DNA of 64,000 bases from Patescibacteria group bacterium. GTDB taxonomy: Bacteria > Patescibacteriota > Minisyncoccia > UBA6257 > JACRHW01. A program made the translations under genes and the position numbers. This document shows positions 60,762 through 64,000 of the stretch, piece by piece. The DNA is taken from assembly GCA_028865725.1 (NCBI GenBank), contig JAGWJP010000001.1, positions 143,143 through 207,142 on the forward strand, in the 5' to 3' direction. Below the pieces are notes generated by a model that did not search any database, was not told the DNA's origin, and saw nothing but the letters and a program-made list of their open reading frames with translations. Numbering within the stretch: position 1 is the stretch's first letter; each line of letters starts with the position of its first letter.

Positions 60762-62357
60762 ATGATGAAAGGAATTATTTACACAAGAGTATCAAGCGAT
60801 GAACAGGTCAAAGGTACCTCGCTGGAACACCAAGAGGAACTTTGCCGGAAATACTGCAAAGACAAAGGCATCGAAGTCGATGTGGTTTTCCGTGAGGAAG
60901 GAGAAAGTGCAAAAGACCTGAGCTTGCAGAATCGCAAAAGGTTTCTGGAAGCTCTTGAGTTCTGTCGCAAGAACAAAGACAAGGTCCAGGCCTTTGTGGT
61001 TTTGCGCGTGGATAGATTTGCCCGTAATGCCGATGACCATTTTGCTATTAGAAAAATCCTAGCGACGTATGGCACAACACTGCATTCAGTCACCGAACCG
61101 ATCGGAAATGAGCCGGTAGCTAAGCTTTTGGAAACATTCCTTGCCGGTATTGCTGAATTTGATAACGCCATCAGAAAACAAAGATGCAGTGATGGAATGC
61201 TTGCCAGAATCAACCAAGGTATCTATCCATGGAAACCGCCGATCGGTTATAAATGCGTTAACTTCAAAAAGCACGGCGAGAAAAAGACCCACGCCGATCC
61301 GCCCCACGAGCAGATATTCCCGATTATCCAAAGAGGACTGAAAGAATTCGCTCAGGGTCTGCACTCGCAAAGCGAGCTGATGAGAAAACTGGACGAATGG
61401 GGTCTTAAGGATTTGACCGGAAAGAAAAGCACGCCCCAGCTTGTAAGCCGATTAGTGACCAACTACCTAAAGTTTTATGCCGGCATAATTACCAATCCGT
61501 GGACAGGCAAAGATGTTGAGGGCCAGCATATTCCGATGATTACCAAAGACGAGATGTATCAAATCAAAATGATCCTGACCGGTAAAAAGAGATTGGTGGC
61601 TAAATACAACATCTTCAATCCAGACTTTCCGCTTAGACGAACCGTAACCTGCGCTGTTTGCGGACGACCGCTGACCGGAAGCGCGCCTCGAGGCGGAATG
61701 GGAGGACGATATAACTATTACCACTGCGGAAATAAGAACTGCCGGGTATTTGGTAAAAGCACACCCAAGCTGGAATTGGAAAAGATGTTTTTTGAATATT
61801 TAGAGAGAGTTACTCCCAAACAAGCGTTCCTCGATATTTTCAAGGAAAGCGTGATTGATATTTGGAAAGAAAAAGGCCAGAGGTTTGAAATGGAAGCCGA
61901 GAAGTGGAAAAAGAAGCTGGAAACGCTTGAGGCAAAGAAAAAACGCATCTACGAAATGCGAGAGGACGGTTCATATACCAAAGAGGAGTTTGTGGAACGG
62001 AAAGATGAAATTGAGAACGAGATATCAACCACCAGAATATTATCCAACGAAGCCCGAATCGAGCAGTTCGATATTGAAGGATCAGTCATTTATGCGACCA
62101 AGTTCATAAGCAACCTCGGCCGACAATGGTTCGACCTTGTGCCACACTTACAGCCCAAGTTCCAGAAACTAGTCTTCCCAGAAGGAATACCGTTTGAATG
62201 GAAAAAAGGATTTGGAACTGCCAAATTAGCAGTCATTTACGAGATGAATCGGGAATTCTCGACTGAAAATTCCGCTTTGGTGGACCTAGCGAGAATCGAA
62301 CTCGCGTCTCTACAATGCGAATGTAGCGTCTTGCCACTGGACCATAGGCCCAAATGA
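60762..62357 (+). CDS. Large serine recombinase (integrase); its C-terminus reads antisense through tRNA-Ala
   Basis: YTRVSS.EQ catalytic motif, DRFAR, recombinase domain, Zn ribbon CAVCG..YYHC..C, coiled coil. Confidence 0.95.
   Translation: MMKGIIYTRVSSDEQVKGTSLEHQEELCRKYCKDKGIEVDVVFREEGESAKDLSLQNRKRFLEALEFCRKNKDKVQAFVVLRVDRFARNADDHFAIRKILATYGTTLHSVTEPIGNEPVAKLLETFLAGIAEFDNAIRKQRCSDGMLARINQGIYPWKPPIGYKCVNFKKHGEKKTHADPPHEQIFPIIQRGLKEFAQGLHSQSELMRKLDEWGLKDLTGKKSTPQLVSRLVTNYLKFYAGIITNPWTGKDVEGQHIPMITKDEMYQIKMILTGKKRLVAKYNIFNPDFPLRRTVTCAVCGRPLTGSAPRGGMGGRYNYYHCGNKNCRVFGKSTPKLELEKMFFEYLERVTPKQAFLDIFKESVIDIWKEKGQRFEMEAEKWKKKLETLEAKKKRIYEMREDGSYTKEEFVERKDEIENEISTTRILSNEARIEQFDIEGSVIYATKFISNLGRQWFDLVPHLQPKFQKLVFPEGIPFEWKKGFGTAKLAVIYEMNREFSTENSALVDLARIELASLQCECSVLPLDHRPK
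62278..62351 (-). tRNA. tRNA-Ala(CGC), integration target
   Basis: GGGCCTA/TAGGTCC acceptor stem with G3:U70, CTACA-TTCGCAT-TGTAG anticodon arm, GTTCGATT, CCA. Confidence 0.93.
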
Positions 62358-62717
62358 ATGGATTTGTGAAAATATGAATGAAGAACAAGGTGCGCATGCG
62401 ATGCAGTACCGCGTTACTGCGGACCGCACATATAATTTTATTTGTAGCACAGAATTTTTTTCTTATCTAGTATTTTCTTGTCAGGCTTGTCACGTTTTAT
62501 ACACGACACTTCAATTCACAGATATCCACATCGTTTCTATTTTATTCGCTTGTTTCCTGTGCTATAGTGATTGCAAGACAGTATCTCTTGTTTGAGAGGG
62601 ACACTAAAGGTCGTAATGTGTATTATGTGTATCCCTGCTTTTCTGTGATATGTCGTACATCACATAAAAGAATTTCCAGGGCTTTTGTTTATCATTTTAT
62701 TTTTAATTTACAATCAT

Positions 62718-63401
62718 ATGACGGTTCAAGCATGGCTTGATATTTTGTTTCAGTCTCTTACTGAGCTAGGGAGGAGTACCGCAGCCTTTATTCCTGCGCT
62801 TGTCGGTGCGCTTCTTACTCTTTTGGTGGGGTGGATTGTAGCTGCAGGGCTTTCTACATTAGTGGAGAAAGTCGTCGACCTCTTAAAGGTTGACATGTTG
62901 CTCAAGAAAACAGGTTTTGAGGCGGGTGTAGAGCGTGCCGGAATGAAATTGAATTCCGGACACTTTTTGGGAAGGCTAGTCTATTGGTTTATTATGATCG
63001 GATTCCTTATCGCGGTTTCCGATATCTTGGGCCTCCCTCAATTCTCGATGTTTTTAACTGAGGTGATGGGATACCTCCCCAGCGTATTTGCAGCAGCTGT
63101 TATTTTACTCGCAGGCGTATGGGCCGCTAATCTTGTAAAAACACTAGTGGGAGGGTCTGCAAAAGGAGCTGCACTCGCAGGTGCTGAGTTGGTGGGTACG
63201 ATCGCGTGGTGGGCAGTCTTTATATTTGGATTGTTCGCGGCGCTTGTGCAATTGCAAGTTGCAGAGACGATTGTACAGATTGTGGTGACAGGACTTGTTG
63301 CGATGTTTGCGATTGCAGGAGGATTGTCGTTCGGGCTTGGCGGCAAGGCATATGCAGAACACTTAATCGAAAAGTTTCGCAGGATCGTAGAATCTCGATA
63401 A
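62718..63401 (+). CDS. Conserved TM-helix repeat protein (MscS-like N-terminal/CmpX type)
   Basis: Two (F/Y).P....A...L..G.W repeats, GL.FGLGG end. Confidence 0.8.
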   Translation: MTVQAWLDILFQSLTELGRSTAAFIPALVGALLTLLVGWIVAAGLSTLVEKVVDLLKVDMLLKKTGFEAGVERAGMKLNSGHFLGRLVYWFIMIGFLIAVSDILGLPQFSMFLTEVMGYLPSVFAAAVILLAGVWAANLVKTLVGGSAKGAALAGAELVGTIAWWAVFIFGLFAALVQLQVAETIVQIVVTGLVAMFAIAGGLSFGLGGKAYAEHLIEKFRRIVESR

Positions 63402-63423
63402 GACCGTTTGTTACGAAAAAGCA

Positions 63424-63453
63424 AACAAACCCGCCTGAAAAGGCGGGTTTGTT
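63424..63453 (+). terminator. Intrinsic terminator
   Basis: aacaaacccgcct-gaaa-aggcgggtttgtt. Confidence 0.75.
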
Positions 63454-63471
63454 GGTGTTCAGCGGAAAAGC

Positions 63472-63546
63472 TTGACTAATTCATATTTTTGTGTAGTATA
63501 TATCACGAAGGCTCGCAAGAGTCTTTTGAAAAAAGAAAAGGAGGAT
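63472..63546 (+). promoter_or_regulatory. Promoter + GNRA hairpin + boxA-like tract + SD leader module (copy 2)
   Basis: TTGACT-N16-TAGTAT, GGCTC-GCAA-GAGTC, CTTTTGAAAA, AAGGAGG. Confidence 0.65.
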
Positions 63547-63553
63547 CTGAATT

Positions 63554-64000
63554 ATGAGAATGGTTGGCATGGTACTGGGGGGTCTCGTTTTATTTTTCTT
63601 GTTTATTACTTTTGTCGTCGTTTCGTATGGTATCTCCAAACACAACGAGATTGTGCGATTGGACAACGCCGTTGCAAAGCGCGCGGGGTACGTGAATAGC
63701 GCGCTTCAGCGTCGCTATGATTTGATCCCGAATCTCGTGGCTACTGTGAAGGCGTATGCTGCGCACGAACGTGGCACGTTTGAAGCGGTGGCTAAGGCTC
63801 GCGCTGCGGTTGGCCAGTTTACGGTGACGCCGCAGATGCTGGCGAACCCTGAGATGCTGAAGAAGTTTCAGGCAGCTCAAGGAGAGTTGTCTTCGGCACT
63901 CAGTCGTTTGATGGTGGTTTCGGAGCGTTATCCGGATTTGAAGGCGAATCAGAATTTCTTGGAGCTCCAGGCACAGCTTGAGGGAACCGAGAACCGCATC
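63554..64000 (+). CDS. lemA: LemA family protein (3' truncated; absent from the ORF track)
   Basis: N-terminal TM, LQRRYDLIPNLV.TVK.YA.HE, YPDLKANQNFL.LQ.QLEGTENRI. Confidence 0.95.
   Translation, partial: MRMVGMVLGGLVLFFLFITFVVVSYGISKHNEIVRLDNAVAKRAGYVNSALQRRYDLIPNLVATVKAYAAHERGTFEAVAKARAAVGQFTVTPQMLANPEMLKKFQAAQGELSSALSRLMVVSERYPDLKANQNFLELQAQLEGTENRI

Larger units (their letters stand above)
49683..62285. mobile_element. 12.6-kb integrative element inserted at the 3' end of tRNA-Ala(CGC)
   Basis: 11-bp direct repeat CTTTGGTGGAC at 49683-49693 and 62275-62285; serine recombinase, xis-like HTH, rep-like gene and defence cargo inside. Confidence 0.9.

Noticed and set aside
49683-62285. Complete prophage
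   Set aside because: No capsid, portal, large terminase, tail or lysis genes between the att sites.

Overview
The window looks like a chromosome segment of a Candidate Phyla Radiation (Patescibacteria, probably Parcubacteria) bacterium. This is inferred from Parcubacteria-style GYAWS surface proteins, shortened PheT/ThrS/SMC, rplK without an adjacent rplA, and SD-less core genes. Positions 1-49.6 kb hold housekeeping genes (gatC/A/B, pheS/T, gyrB, secE-nusG-rplK, tmk, miaA, thrS, dnaE, rnhB, rpmF, nusB, rnc, smc, rpsP, khpA) and three tRNAs, interleaved with many small orphan cassettes, an IS30 element and two nonsense pseudogenes. From 49683 to 62285 lies a 12.6-kb integrative element bounded by an 11-bp direct repeat (CTTTGGTGGAC) at the 3' end of tRNA-Ala(CGC). 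Its serine recombinase gene is split by its own att site, and its rep-like gene contains iteron-like repeats. Its cargo is one tightly packed 8-gene operon: xis-like HTH, m4C-type methyltransferase, MvaI/BcnI-family endonuclease, degenerate-PHP/ABC-ATPase, YqfO-like protein, queuosine-nucleotide glycosylase (QNG1-like), HIT hydrolase and an alpha/beta-hydrolase-Nudix fusion. That operon is the best candidate for an undescribed system: restriction-modification linked to 7-deazaguanine nucleotide processing. All calls come from reading motifs by eye; no database searches were run.
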